A stretch of 64,000 nt of DNA from OCS155 cluster bacterium AG-349-E07 (GTDB taxonomy: Bacteria; Actinomycetota; Acidimicrobiia; Actinomarinales; Actinomarinaceae). The notes beneath the pieces were generated by a model. It did no database searches, was not told where the DNA came from, and was given only the letters and a program-made list of their open reading frames with translations. A program made the translations under genes and the position numbers. The stretch covers positions 251,433-315,432 of the forward strand of contig QCCZ01000001.1 in the NCBI GenBank assembly GCA_003281085.1. The letters are read 5' to 3'. Of this stretch, positions 49,216 through 59,615 are shown piece after piece; position 1 is the first letter of the stretch, and each line of letters begins with the position of its first letter.

Positions 49216-51169
49216 GCTCTAAATTTTCTTCAACCTCTTCTTCTAGTGGTTCCGTTCCCCACCCAAAACCTCCAATTAGAAGAAATAAAGTACCAATTAA
49301 GGCAAGGGGAATGGATTTATAAATTACTGCATAACCTAAAAATGGAAGACCAGCAGCAAGTAAAATAGGGAAATATGAAGGATTAGGCAATACAATATTT
49401 TCTGATGGATTTAGACCCTCTTCTTCAAGTTCAACAAGCATTTGATCGGTAGATTCTTTTCTTACTGCTCTCCCATCCTCATCTTCATCATATTTTGAAT
49501 GCCAAAAATCATCTAATGATTTCACTTCTGGAGCTTTTGAAAAGTTCCATACAGGTGTTGGTGATGGGATAGTCCACTCTATCGTTCTTGCATCCCAAGG
49601 ATCAAATGGAGCTTTTTCTCCGTTTCTTTTTGAAAAAATCCAATTAATCATAAATACAATTATTGAAACTGCAATTATAAAAGCACCAATTGTCACAATA
49701 ATATTCCAAAATTGAAGATTAGTTTCTTCAGCGTAAACCCAAGTTCTTCTCACTTGGCCTTGAAGACCTAACCAGTGCATAGGTCCAAAAGTTAGATTAA
49801 ATCCAATTAACATTAACCAAAAATGAATTTTTCCTAGAGTTTCGTTATACATTTTTCCCCAAACTTTTGGAAACCAGTAGTAAAGTCCTGAAAAAATTCC
49901 AAACAATGCGCCTCCAAAAAGTACATAATGAAAATGTGCAACAATGTAATAAGTATCAGTTTGCTGTGTATCAGCAGGTACTACTGAATGTGTAACACCA
50001 CTTAATCCACCAATAACAAACATTCCGATAAAACCTAAAGAAAATAGCATAGGAGTATTAAGTTTGATTTTTCCACCCCAAATAGTACCCAACCAATTAA
50101 AGATTTTTACTCCTGTAGGTACCGCTATAACCATTGTTGAAAGTCCAAAACCCGCTTGAGCCACAGGACTAATTGCAGATGCGAACATATGGTGTGCCCA
50201 TACTCCAAAACCTATGAAAGCAATTCCAAAACCCGCAAAAACAATTGCAGCATAACCGAATAAAGGTTTCCTAGCAAAAGTAGGTAGAACCTCAGAAACT
50301 ATACCAAACGCTGGAAGAATAAGAATGTATACCTCTGGATGACCAAAAAGCCAAAACAAATGTTGCCATAGCACTGGATCCCCACCTCCTTCTGTGAGGA
50401 AGAAAGTAGTGCCAAATTTTCTATCAAATGTTACATAAAAAAGTGCAATTGCAATGATTGGCAAAGAGAAGGCAAGTAGGAACGAAACAGCAAAAGTCAT
50501 CCATGTAAATACTGGCATCCTCATAAATCTCATACCTTTTGTTCTCATGTTGATAATTGTTGTAATGAAATTAAATGCGGATATGAGTGATGCGATTCCT
50601 AGAATCTGGAGCCCAATTGCCCAATAATCCATTGCTGTTCCGGGAGAATATTTCAGTCCAGCATTTGGTTGATAACCAAACCAGCCACCATTGGGAGCAG
50701 ATCCAAGCCAACCAACTTCCTCAGCAAGATATCCTCCATCCGGAGCTCCTGCAGTTCCAAAAATAAAAGTAGAATAAAGAAAAGCTCCTCCAAATATAAA
50801 TATCCAAAAAGAAAGAGCGTTAAGCCTTGGAAAGGCAACATCTCTGGCTCCAATTTGAAGAGGAAGCAAATAATTGAAGAACGCTGCACTTATTGGCATA
50901 ATTGCCAAGAATATCATTGTAGTTCCATGCATCGTAAACATTGCGTTATATTCTGCAGCTGTTAAAAAATTGTTATCAGGCTGTGAAAGCTGAATTCTCA
51001 AAACTAACGCCTCAAGACCACCGATTAATAAAAAGAAAAACGCTGCGTAACCATACATTATGCCTATTCTTTTATGGTCAACAGTTGTTATCCAACTCCA
51101 AATACCTGTTTCAGAAGAGGGTCTTTTAAAAATATTACTTTGTTTATTCGGCTCAATTATTTTTGTCAT
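49208..51169 (-). CDS. ctaD: Cytochrome c oxidase subunit I (type A1)
   Basis: TVDHKRIG, TMHGT, GHPEVY, WAHHM, AHFHY. Confidence 0.98.
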   Translation of the reverse strand: MTKIIEPNKQSNIFKRPSSETGIWSWITTVDHKRIGIMYGYAAFFFLLIGGLEALVLRIQLSQPDNNFLTAAEYNAMFTMHGTTMIFLAIMPISAAFFNYLLPLQIGARDVAFPRLNALSFWIFIFGGAFLYSTFIFGTAGAPDGGYLAEEVGWLGSAPNGGWFGYQPNAGLKYSPGTAMDYWAIGLQILGIASLISAFNFITTIINMRTKGMRFMRMPVFTWMTFAVSFLLAFSLPIIAIALFYVTFDRKFGTTFFLTEGGGDPVLWQHLFWLFGHPEVYILILPAFGIVSEVLPTFARKPLFGYAAIVFAGFGIAFIGFGVWAHHMFASAISPVAQAGFGLSTMVIAVPTGVKIFNWLGTIWGGKIKLNTPMLFSLGFIGMFVIGGLSGVTHSVVPADTQQTDTYYIVAHFHYVLFGGALFGIFSGLYYWFPKVWGKMYNETLGKIHFWLMLIGFNLTFGPMHWLGLQGQVRRTWVYAEETNLQFWNIIVTIGAFIIAVSIIVFMINWIFSKRNGEKAPFDPWDARTIEWTIPSPTPVWNFSKAPEVKSLDDFWHSKYDEDEDGRAVRKESTDQMLVELEEEGLNPSENIVLPNPSYFPILLAAGLPFLGYAVIYKSIPLALIGTLFLLIGGFGWGTEPLEEEVEENLEHE

Positions 51170-52185
51170 TTAAGTGTCTCCAGATACGCAATTAAAGCAT
51201 TAATTTCCGATTCAGTCAATTCTAGGTTCGGCATAAATGTACCAGGTTTTAACTCTGCTGGATTAGCTAGCCATTTTGTAAGGTTTTCTGGATTATTTTT
51301 CAATGCTGCACCGGCAAAGACATTTCGATTAGCAAAATGGGTTAGATTTGGCGCAATTCTATCACCTTGAATATCCCAAACACCATTTATAACATGGCAT
51401 TGTGTACAACCCGCATTCAGATAAACTTGCTGACCTTCTGCTGCTAAAGATAAATCATCGGTACTAAATGCAACTGCATCTTTTTGTTGATTTTTTACCC
51501 ACGCATCAAAATCACTTTGGGACATTGATAAAACTCTTCCGCGCATTTTTGAATGACTCAATCCACAATATTCACCACATTGAGCCCAAAACTCATTTGG
51601 TGAATCGGCATGAAGATTAAGATAAGTCGTTTGTCCAGGAACAAGGTATCTTTTACCATTTAATTTAGGCACCCAGTAGTTATGAAGAACATCATTAGAC
51701 CACATTTCAAGTCTTACTGGTCTGTCTGCTGGAATCACTAGAACATTTGCAGTGGTTATTCCATAATCAGGATATTTATATTCAAACCACCATTGATGAC
51801 CAATTACTTCAATTTTAAGGGCATTCTCTGGTTCTCTTGCTAAATCAAAGATTGTTCTTACTGTTGGTACAGCGATCGCAGCCAAAATTAATACAGGTAT
51901 AACTGTCCATAATATCTCGAGTTTTGTATTTCCATGAATTTGTTTTGGCTCTGGAGAGTCTGGTTTTTCTTTATACACAAATACTGACAGTAGTAACGCA
52001 CCCTGCACAATTACAAAGATTACAACAGCAATCCAAAAAGTTATCCAGAATAGTTCATCGATTGATCTTGCATAAGGACCCTCAGGGCTAAGGGAGTCGA
52101 GAGGAGCATTTTCAATACATGCAGAGAGGAAAACTAACAGCATATATTTTAAATTCTTTAACTTAAAAATTTTTTTCACAAGCAT
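51166..52185 (-). CDS. ctaC: Cytochrome c oxidase subunit II with fused cytochrome c domain (caa3 type)
   Basis: LSAC lipobox, HQWWF, CuA ligands H..CGEYCGLSH..M, C-terminal CTQCH and KPGTFMP. Confidence 0.95.
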   Translation of the reverse strand: MLVKKIFKLKNLKYMLLVFLSACIENAPLDSLSPEGPYARSIDELFWITFWIAVVIFVIVQGALLLSVFVYKEKPDSPEPKQIHGNTKLEILWTVIPVLILAAIAVPTVRTIFDLAREPENALKIEVIGHQWWFEYKYPDYGITTANVLVIPADRPVRLEMWSNDVLHNYWVPKLNGKRYLVPGQTTYLNLHADSPNEFWAQCGEYCGLSHSKMRGRVLSMSQSDFDAWVKNQQKDAVAFSTDDLSLAAEGQQVYLNAGCTQCHVINGVWDIQGDRIAPNLTHFANRNVFAGAALKNNPENLTKWLANPAELKPGTFMPNLELTESEINALIAYLETLK

Positions 52186-52256
52186 ATTTATATTATCAAC
52201 AATATTTAAGAATAGCGTTCAAACAATATATAGTGTAATTAAAGTACTATGACACT

Positions 52257-53138
52257 ATGAAGGTTCAAACAAAAAAAGTTGCTTCTAATTATTTAAAACT
52301 TTCTAAATTAAGAATTGTTGAGCTGCTACTTATTACAACTGTGCCATCAATGGTTGTCTCTATATATGGCTTTCCACCTGTTGAGTTGGTTTTGTTTACA
52401 TTATTTGGTGGTACAGCATTAGCAGTAAGCGCTAATGTTCTAAATCAAATTTTTGAAATCGAAACTGATAAATTAATGGCAAGAACATCTGACAGGCCCC
52501 TTGTCACTGGAACTATTTCTGTAAAAAATGCATATATGTATTCAATTTTGTTGGCACTAATAGGATTTATGATTTTATACACACAAACAACTCCGCTAGC
52601 AGCATATATTGCATTAATGGCAAACATTTTTTACTCATTTATATATACATTAATTTTAAAACCTAGAACAAATCAAAATATTGTTATTGGGGGTGCAGCT
52701 GGGGCTGCCCCTGTTCTTATAGGATGGGCTGCAACAGGAACTGCACTTGATACGGGATCGTGGCTTTTATTTCTACTTGTTTTTCTTTGGACTCCTGCTC
52801 ATTTTTGGGCGTTATCAATTGAAAATGTAGAAGACTACAGGGGTGCAGAATTTCCAATGTTACCAACCCAAGAGTCAAAAAAAAGAACATCAATTTTTAT
52901 TGGTGTTTATTCATGTGCTACCGTAATAACATCTCTTTTAATTGCACCGGTATTACAACTTGGTTTGATTTATTTATTTTTGGCATTAATTTTTGGAATC
53001 TATTTAATGATTAAATCTTATGGTTTGTACTCAGATAAAATCAAACCAATATCGTACTTTGTATTTTCTAATACTTATCTAGCAGTTATATTTTTGTCTA
53101 TGATTGCTGACATTCTTTTTACAATAAGGAATACTTAA
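52257..53138 (+). CDS. ctaB: Protoheme IX farnesyltransferase
   Basis: DKLMARTSDRPL, LKPRTNQNIVIGG, WTPAHFWAL. Confidence 0.96.
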   Translation: MKVQTKKVASNYLKLSKLRIVELLLITTVPSMVVSIYGFPPVELVLFTLFGGTALAVSANVLNQIFEIETDKLMARTSDRPLVTGTISVKNAYMYSILLALIGFMILYTQTTPLAAYIALMANIFYSFIYTLILKPRTNQNIVIGGAAGAAPVLIGWAATGTALDTGSWLLFLLVFLWTPAHFWALSIENVEDYRGAEFPMLPTQESKKRTSIFIGVYSCATVITSLLIAPVLQLGLIYLFLALIFGIYLMIKSYGLYSDKIKPISYFVFSNTYLAVIFLSMIADILFTIRNT

Positions 53139-53140
53139 TC

Positions 53141-53974
53141 ATGGAAGAAATATTTTTTTCAATAACTTATCCTCCAATACCAATTACTAAAGTTGGGCCA
53201 GTCTTTCTTTCCTTACATGGAGTTTTTGCAGCAATTGGATTTTATTTTGGGGCTAGTCATGCTTTAAAACTCTCAGAAAAAGATGGAGCAAACCCAATTT
53301 TATTTTCTGAGGCGCTAACCTGGGCAATCTTTGGAGCTATTCTTGGTGCAAGATTTTTTACCATACCTGCACAATGGTATGCGAATCCAGGGTATGGATT
53401 AAGCGATGTTTTTACATTAGCTGGTAGCTATTCAATTATGGGTGGTATGGCAGGGGGAATTATTGCTGCATATCTAAAAATTAGCATTTTTAATAAAGAA
53501 GACTTTAAACAATATGGAGATTACGCTGCCACAGGATTAATACTTGGAACTGTTATTGGAAGAATTGGCGATCTTGCTATCGTTGAACATCTAGGAAGAG
53601 AAACAAGTTTCTTTTTAGGTTATGAAATTAAGCCAGGATATGACGTTGCCCCACAACACAATTCTTTAGAATGTATGGAGCCACTGCTAACTTGTGGAAC
53701 ATACCATCACGTTGCACTGTATGACTTAATCCTTGCATTAATTGTTTTCTTTATTTTTAGATCATCACAAAATCGTTATGAATTTGGGAAAGGATCTTGG
53801 ATTGGTTTATGGGCAGTATGGTATGGAACTCAAAGAGCATTTCTAGACACCTTAAGATTTGGAATGGGAGATTCTACGATTGGTGTATTTACCTGGAATC
53901 AAATTGGAGGAGCCCTTCTCGCATTTTTAGGATTAATCTTTTTCTTAAAAAATAAAAATATTAAAAAAGACTAA
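53141..53974 (+). CDS. lgt: Prolipoprotein diacylglyceryl transferase (divergent)
   Basis: GAILGAR, SIMGG, IGRIGD, H..ALYD, RAFLDTLR. Confidence 0.82.
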   Translation: MEEIFFSITYPPIPITKVGPVFLSLHGVFAAIGFYFGASHALKLSEKDGANPILFSEALTWAIFGAILGARFFTIPAQWYANPGYGLSDVFTLAGSYSIMGGMAGGIIAAYLKISIFNKEDFKQYGDYAATGLILGTVIGRIGDLAIVEHLGRETSFFLGYEIKPGYDVAPQHNSLECMEPLLTCGTYHHVALYDLILALIVFFIFRSSQNRYEFGKGSWIGLWAVWYGTQRAFLDTLRFGMGDSTIGVFTWNQIGGALLAFLGLIFFLKNKNIKKD

Positions 53975-54884
53975 TAATAAATAGAAGATAAAAAGCTATA
54001 AAAGAATACCCAACAACAATGTTTCTTTTAATGACATTTCTTGATAAAAATATTACAAGAAAAGAAACAAAATACATCATAAATAGCTGGTAATCAATTC
54101 TTGAAAGAATACTTCCAGGGCTTATTGAAATTGCCACACCACCAACCAATCCAATATTAAAAAGATTTGAACCAAAAATATTTCCAAAAACAATGTCAGG
54201 CTTTCTCATCCTCGCCGCTGCTATTGTTCCAGCAACTTCTGGAAGACTAGTACCAATTGCAATAATTGTTGAACCTATTACCAAAGATGAAACGCCAAAT
54301 GTTTCTGCTAGCTTAACTGCATTATCAACCACTAACTGACTTCCATAAAGAGTTGCAGCTAAAGAAAGTAATCCCCTGAGCCACACGTAGTTTTTTTCTT
54401 CAGGTTTGAAATCTTCTTCTTCAACACTGTCAGCACTTACCATTTTGTAAACTACATAAATTGTCAAAACTAATAGAACAATCCCTAAGTAAAGCGGAAA
54501 GCTACTAAAGAGAACATAAGTTGATACAAATACAGTGGTGAGGATTGCCATCCAAACCGGACTAAGTTGATTGAGTTTAATTTTCTTGTCAAAGTCCTTT
54601 GGAATTGCAAGATACAAAACTGCCACTACAAGTAATGAATTAGCTATATTTGAACCTACTATATTTCCAATTCCTAGATCCAAATCTCCATTTAATGCAG
54701 CTCCCGTACTTGCAAACAATTCTGGTGCAGATGTACCAAATCCAATAAATGTTGCACCTATGATAGAGCTAGGAATTTTGAATTTTAAAGCTATTTGGAC
54801 CGCAGAGCTAACCATTTCATCAGCTCCCTTTACCAGTAAGACTAATCCAATCGAAAACCCAACAAAAAGAATTACTATTTCCAT
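53961..54884 (-). CDS. Calcium/sodium antiporter (CaCA, YrbG-like)
   Basis: GTSAPE and GTSLPE alpha repeats with GN..GSN. Confidence 0.93.
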   Translation of the reverse strand: MEIVILFVGFSIGLVLLVKGADEMVSSAVQIALKFKIPSSIIGATFIGFGTSAPELFASTGAALNGDLDLGIGNIVGSNIANSLLVVAVLYLAIPKDFDKKIKLNQLSPVWMAILTTVFVSTYVLFSSFPLYLGIVLLVLTIYVVYKMVSADSVEEEDFKPEEKNYVWLRGLLSLAATLYGSQLVVDNAVKLAETFGVSSLVIGSTIIAIGTSLPEVAGTIAAARMRKPDIVFGNIFGSNLFNIGLVGGVAISISPGSILSRIDYQLFMMYFVSFLVIFLSRNVIKRNIVVGYSFIAFYLLFIISLF

Positions 54885-54896
54885 GATTTCAATTTT

Positions 54897-55712
54897 CTAC
54901 TTAGAGTCTCTCCATGCAATCCACTCTTTTACTTGTGTGAGGTCATATCCTGGCCCATTCACAGCAAGCGTAATTTCAGTTGCACCAGCTTCTAGCAAAT
55001 CATCTGCCAAATCTATTCTTTTTATATCAATTCCAATTGATCTTTTGATTTCATTTGGATCTCTTCCAACTTTGTCACACCAGTTATTAAGTACATTATT
55101 TTTATGTGCGACTGTTTCAATCCCGCTTCTTTCTTCAGTTTTTGTAGCAAATCCATGCCATATATCTGCATACTGAGCCACTAATCTTAAAGTAACTTTT
55201 TCTCCACCACCACCGATAAGAATAGGGATTTTTCGTTTAGGTTGAGGATCGAGTTTACCCATTCTGTTTACAATTCTTTCGAGTGATTTTTCTAATTCTT
55301 TTAACCTCCATATTGCAGTGCCAAATTCATAACCATACTCTTCATAGTCTTGTTCAAACCAGCCTGAACCTATTCCAAAAATTAATCTACCATCTGATAT
55401 ATGGTCAACAGTTCTGGCCATATCAGCAAGTAGTTCTGGATTTCTATACGAGTTACATGTTACTAAAGGACCTATCTCGACAGAGTTAGTTACCTCTGCC
55501 CAACTTGAAAGCATTGTCCAACATTCAAAATGTTTACCTTCACGCCTTTCTCCTTCAGCCCACTGGGTTCCATCTTCTTTGTATAAAGGGTAAAAATGAT
55601 CCCAATTATAAATTACATCTGCACCTATTTTTTCAGACTCTATTGCAGCAGCCCTTATCTGATCATACTCAGCATGTTGTGGTTGTAAAAATACAGCTAT
55701 TCTTGGTTTCAT
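54897..55712 (-). CDS. LLM class F420-dependent oxidoreductase
   Basis: NWDHFYPL, HFECW, YRNPELLADMARTVDHIS, IGGGGEK. Confidence 0.9.
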   Translation of the reverse strand: MKPRIAVFLQPQHAEYDQIRAAAIESEKIGADVIYNWDHFYPLYKEDGTQWAEGERREGKHFECWTMLSSWAEVTNSVEIGPLVTCNSYRNPELLADMARTVDHISDGRLIFGIGSGWFEQDYEEYGYEFGTAIWRLKELEKSLERIVNRMGKLDPQPKRKIPILIGGGGEKVTLRLVAQYADIWHGFATKTEERSGIETVAHKNNVLNNWCDKVGRDPNEIKRSIGIDIKRIDLADDLLEAGATEITLAVNGPGYDLTQVKEWIAWRDSK

Positions 55713-55723
55713 ATTTATTCTCC

Positions 55724-58237
55724 TTACAGTTCAAATTTAGTATTAATAAACTCATCCTTTATTGCGTTTTTAAATTTTATATTCGCATCCATTCGCTCAA
55801 TATTTTGTCTTGTTATTTTTTCGGCTGATGGAAGTGGATTTTCATTAACAAAAGATTTAATTTCTTCACTCAGTAACTCGTCATATATTGATGGCAGTGA
55901 ATCAAGTATTCGTGATGCTGTCCACCCAGGCATTAATTCGAGCAAGGCACTCCAATTATTTTTTATTTCCATAAACCCGTTAGAAGCATTCTTACTATTT
56001 GAAAGTAAAGTAGCGATTATATAAGGGGCATCTGCCCCTCTGATTGTTTGATCCAAAATTGCTCCAATTACATTTTTTGGAGTACCAGGGTCACTTAATG
56101 TACCGATGACCCCTCTATATCTTGCTTCTATTTGGGGTGATGATGAATTTTTAAACTTTTCAATATATATTTCTGAGGAACACTCTTGATTCATTCCAGC
56201 AATTGATAACACTAAATTAAAATAATTACCATCAGCGTATTCTTCATATTCATTTGAAATAAATTGATTTGCAAAAAATTCAATAAATTTTGTATCTTCA
56301 GTTATCTTTGCATAAGTTCCACACAGTAAGGACCTTAACTGGGATTCTTCTTGATCAAATTTATCTTGATAGTCTTTTCCTAGAGATTCTATTAACGGAT
56401 AGCTAAAATCTTTTACATAATTTTTAAAACTATCATTTTCTCCAATTTTTGCAAAGGTAGAAAATATGCTACTAATTAATGACCAAACATTTACATCTTT
56501 TTCCCCTGTATATAAGTTTAAAAGTTTGATAAAAAGTGATAGCTTCAACTCACCTATTCGCAATGCCATCCAAGAATCTTCTAAAATTCTATATTTTTCG
56601 TTTAAGTCAAGTTTTTCAAAATTTAATAATATTTCTTCAAATATATCTTTACTATATGATGAGTGAAAAAATGACCAACCACCATTATTTATAAATGGAA
56701 TTTCACCATCATTTTCAATCGTGATTGAATCAGAATCCATAATTAACTTATTAACTTTTTCGTTATCCAAGTATCTAATATTCAATGGCACGCTCCAAAG
56801 AGAGCTGTCGGTGCTTCCATCAATCAAATATTTCTTTTGAGATATTTTAAAACTGGAACCTTCTTTTTCGATATTTACTATTGGATACCCTTCTTGTTGT
56901 ATCCATGTAGGAAGAATTTCACTAAGGTTATAAGAACTTGCACTTGTAAGTTCGTTCCAAAGGTCAGAAGAGTGTGTATTTTTATACTCATATTTTTTAA
57001 GATATTTTCTCACGCCATCCTTAAAAGTTTCTTCACCTATAAATGTTTCAAACATCCTGAGTACGGTAGAACCTTTTTGATAGGTTAATACATCAAACAT
57101 TTCTTCTGCTTCTTCAGGAGTTTTTACTTCAAACTCAACTGGCCTTGAAGACTTTAATGAGTCAACTCCAAACCCTCTTGACCTGTCCAGGTTCATCTGA
57201 TTCCACAATTTAAACTCGGGGTAAGTTGCTTCAGAAGCTATAACTTCCATTAAACTTGCAAATGCTTCATTTAGCCAAATACCATCCCACCAGTTCATGG
57301 TTACCAAGTCTCCGAACCACATATGAGCCAATTCGTGAGCAACTACTTCAACAGACCTTGATAATTCTGCTCTTGTTGCTTTTTCTACATCAATAAGCAG
57401 TAGCGTTTCTCGAAAAGTAACGGCCCCAACATTTTCCATTGCACCCATAGCAAAATCAGGTATTGCTATAAGATCTAATTTTGATCCTGGATAATTTATC
57501 CCGTAGTAATCCTCAAAGAAATCCAGAATTTTTATTGCAGCTGTGCCAGCAAAATTAGTTTGTTTAGAAAAACCTGGCCTATGCACTATTCCTACATCAG
57601 TTGTTTTTGAAGATCCTATCTTAGAAACTTCTAATTTACCAACAACAAAAGCTACTAGGTATGTTGACATTCTCATAGAGTCAACAAACTTAGTTGTAGT
57701 TCTATTGTTTTCAGTTGATTCATTCAACACTTTTTCATTGCTAATTCTTATCAAATCACTGTCTGTAGTTAAAGCTATGGAAAATATAGCTTTGAATTCT
57801 GGCTCATCCCAACAAGGAAATGCCATTCTCGCTGCTGTTGGTTCGAATTGAGTAGTCGCAATCCAAACATCTTTATTTTCTGAATCTTTAAAGCTACTCC
57901 TGTAAAACCCTCTTAATTCATCAACTATTGTGGCTTTGAAATCAAGATAAAGTTGCCAATCTCCTTGAGTAACTTTATCTTCGAAAATAAGCGAAACTCT
58001 CTCTTCTTCAGGTAAATAATTAATTGAAGCCTCAATATGTTCACCTGAGTCATTTTCTATAAAAGCATTTTTTATATCAATTCCTAATGAGTGAAGCTGT
58101 AATTCTTTTGTTTCATCAACTATTTCCAAAAAAACAACTTCTTTGCCCGTGTAGCTGAATTCTTCTAAGTTAATGTCTAGATTGATTTCGTATCTTTGAG
58201 GAATTGCTATTTTTGGTAGCCTAATGTTTTCATTCAT
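55724..58237 (-). CDS. pepN: M1 family aminopeptidase N
   Basis: TQFEPTAAR, GAMEN, HELAH-x18-E, YQKG. Confidence 0.93.
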   Translation of the reverse strand: MNENIRLPKIAIPQRYEINLDINLEEFSYTGKEVVFLEIVDETKELQLHSLGIDIKNAFIENDSGEHIEASINYLPEEERVSLIFEDKVTQGDWQLYLDFKATIVDELRGFYRSSFKDSENKDVWIATTQFEPTAARMAFPCWDEPEFKAIFSIALTTDSDLIRISNEKVLNESTENNRTTTKFVDSMRMSTYLVAFVVGKLEVSKIGSSKTTDVGIVHRPGFSKQTNFAGTAAIKILDFFEDYYGINYPGSKLDLIAIPDFAMGAMENVGAVTFRETLLLIDVEKATRAELSRSVEVVAHELAHMWFGDLVTMNWWDGIWLNEAFASLMEVIASEATYPEFKLWNQMNLDRSRGFGVDSLKSSRPVEFEVKTPEEAEEMFDVLTYQKGSTVLRMFETFIGEETFKDGVRKYLKKYEYKNTHSSDLWNELTSASSYNLSEILPTWIQQEGYPIVNIEKEGSSFKISQKKYLIDGSTDSSLWSVPLNIRYLDNEKVNKLIMDSDSITIENDGEIPFINNGGWSFFHSSYSKDIFEEILLNFEKLDLNEKYRILEDSWMALRIGELKLSLFIKLLNLYTGEKDVNVWSLISSIFSTFAKIGENDSFKNYVKDFSYPLIESLGKDYQDKFDQEESQLRSLLCGTYAKITEDTKFIEFFANQFISNEYEEYADGNYFNLVLSIAGMNQECSSEIYIEKFKNSSSPQIEARYRGVIGTLSDPGTPKNVIGAILDQTIRGADAPYIIATLLSNSKNASNGFMEIKNNWSALLELMPGWTASRILDSLPSIYDELLSEEIKSFVNENPLPSAEKITRQNIERMDANIKFKNAIKDEFINTKFEL

Positions 58238-58262
58238 TTAAAAATATTAGTAAGAATTTAAA

Positions 58263-59615
58263 TCAATCCCATTCCAAGTGGATAAATTCGTCAGAATTTT
58301 TAAATTGCACTTGATGCGCACCGAAATAATCTCTTTGAGCTTGAATTAAAGCAGAGGGATTAAATTTACTTGATGTTCCTACAAACCAGTTGTATGAAGA
58401 ATTTATAACGGGAATTGAGATACTGCTATCAACACACGATTTAATTACTTCTTTTGCATCACTGAGATTATTCTGTAATAAATCTTGAATAGAAGAGGTT
58501 GTAGTAATAGGGTTCAGTAGCTTTGCATTACCCAATTCATTTAGAAGGTCAGATCTAATAATGCAACCAGCTGACCAATTCTGCAAGACCTCTTTTAAAT
58601 CTATATCTAATTGCTCTTTGTTACTCACATGCTGGATAAAGAGCAAACCTTGAATCATTGTTGCTAGTCTTGCAAAATATATTGCGTTGTTTAAAGATTC
58701 TGAAGAAATATCTATTAACTGTCCATCAATATTTTTTGACCATAAGTTTTCATAGTTACTCTCTACTCTTGCATTGAATGCTTCAAAGACACTAGGTAAT
58801 GGAAAACCATAGTTAAGTGAGGTCTCAACTGTTAGTTTGCCTGTTCCTTTATGATTTGCATTATATTGTATTTGATCAAGTAAATATCCTGAATCGTTTT
58901 TCTTTAATAAAATTTCTGAAGTTATTTCAATTAAGTATGAAGATCTGTTTTGTGGGGAAAATTCCTTGAAAAACTCACTTATCTCAATATTGGTATAGTT
59001 TGCTCTTTTTAAAATATGGTAAGCCTCAGTAATAATTTGCATTTCAGCATACTCAATACCGTTATGAAGCATTTTAATAAAATGGCCAGTTCCGTAACCT
59101 TTATAAAACCCAATACTTAATGAGTTTTCATAACTCGCAGCTATTGAAGATAAAGAATCTTTTAATTCATTATTAATTGATTTCTCTGAACCAATCATTA
59201 AGGCCGGGCCATTTCTTGCACCCTCTTCTCCTCCCGAAACACCCATTCCTATAAAATCTATCTCTTTCTCAGCACACAGAGCACCCAGTATGTTGCTGTC
59301 AAGATAGTATGCATTACCCCCGTCAATCAATATGTCATTTGGTTCGAGATAGCTAATTACTTTTTTTGCCATATCGAATGTTGGTTTACCAGATGGAATT
59401 AGCATAAGAATTTTTCTCGGTTTTGGTAAAGATTCTATAAAATTCTCGAGGTCAGTAGAGCCAGAAATGTTCCCATGAGAGTCTTTCTCTATAAGAGAAT
59501 TAATCTTATCTTCAGATTTATTAAATACGTGAACAGCCGTGCCCTTTTCAGAAAAATTAAGAGCAATATTGCTACCCATTACCCCAACACCAATTAAACC
59601 AATAGATTTAGTCAT
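58263..59615 (-). CDS. gnd: 6-phosphogluconate dehydrogenase, decarboxylating
   Basis: GVGVMG, IDGGN, GVSGGEEGA, KMLHNGIEY, QAQRDYFGAH. Confidence 0.96.
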   Translation of the reverse strand: MTKSIGLIGVGVMGSNIALNFSEKGTAVHVFNKSEDKINSLIEKDSHGNISGSTDLENFIESLPKPRKILMLIPSGKPTFDMAKKVISYLEPNDILIDGGNAYYLDSNILGALCAEKEIDFIGMGVSGGEEGARNGPALMIGSEKSINNELKDSLSSIAASYENSLSIGFYKGYGTGHFIKMLHNGIEYAEMQIITEAYHILKRANYTNIEISEFFKEFSPQNRSSYLIEITSEILLKKNDSGYLLDQIQYNANHKGTGKLTVETSLNYGFPLPSVFEAFNARVESNYENLWSKNIDGQLIDISSESLNNAIYFARLATMIQGLLFIQHVSNKEQLDIDLKEVLQNWSAGCIIRSDLLNELGNAKLLNPITTTSSIQDLLQNNLSDAKEVIKSCVDSSISIPVINSSYNWFVGTSSKFNPSALIQAQRDYFGAHQVQFKNSDEFIHLEWD

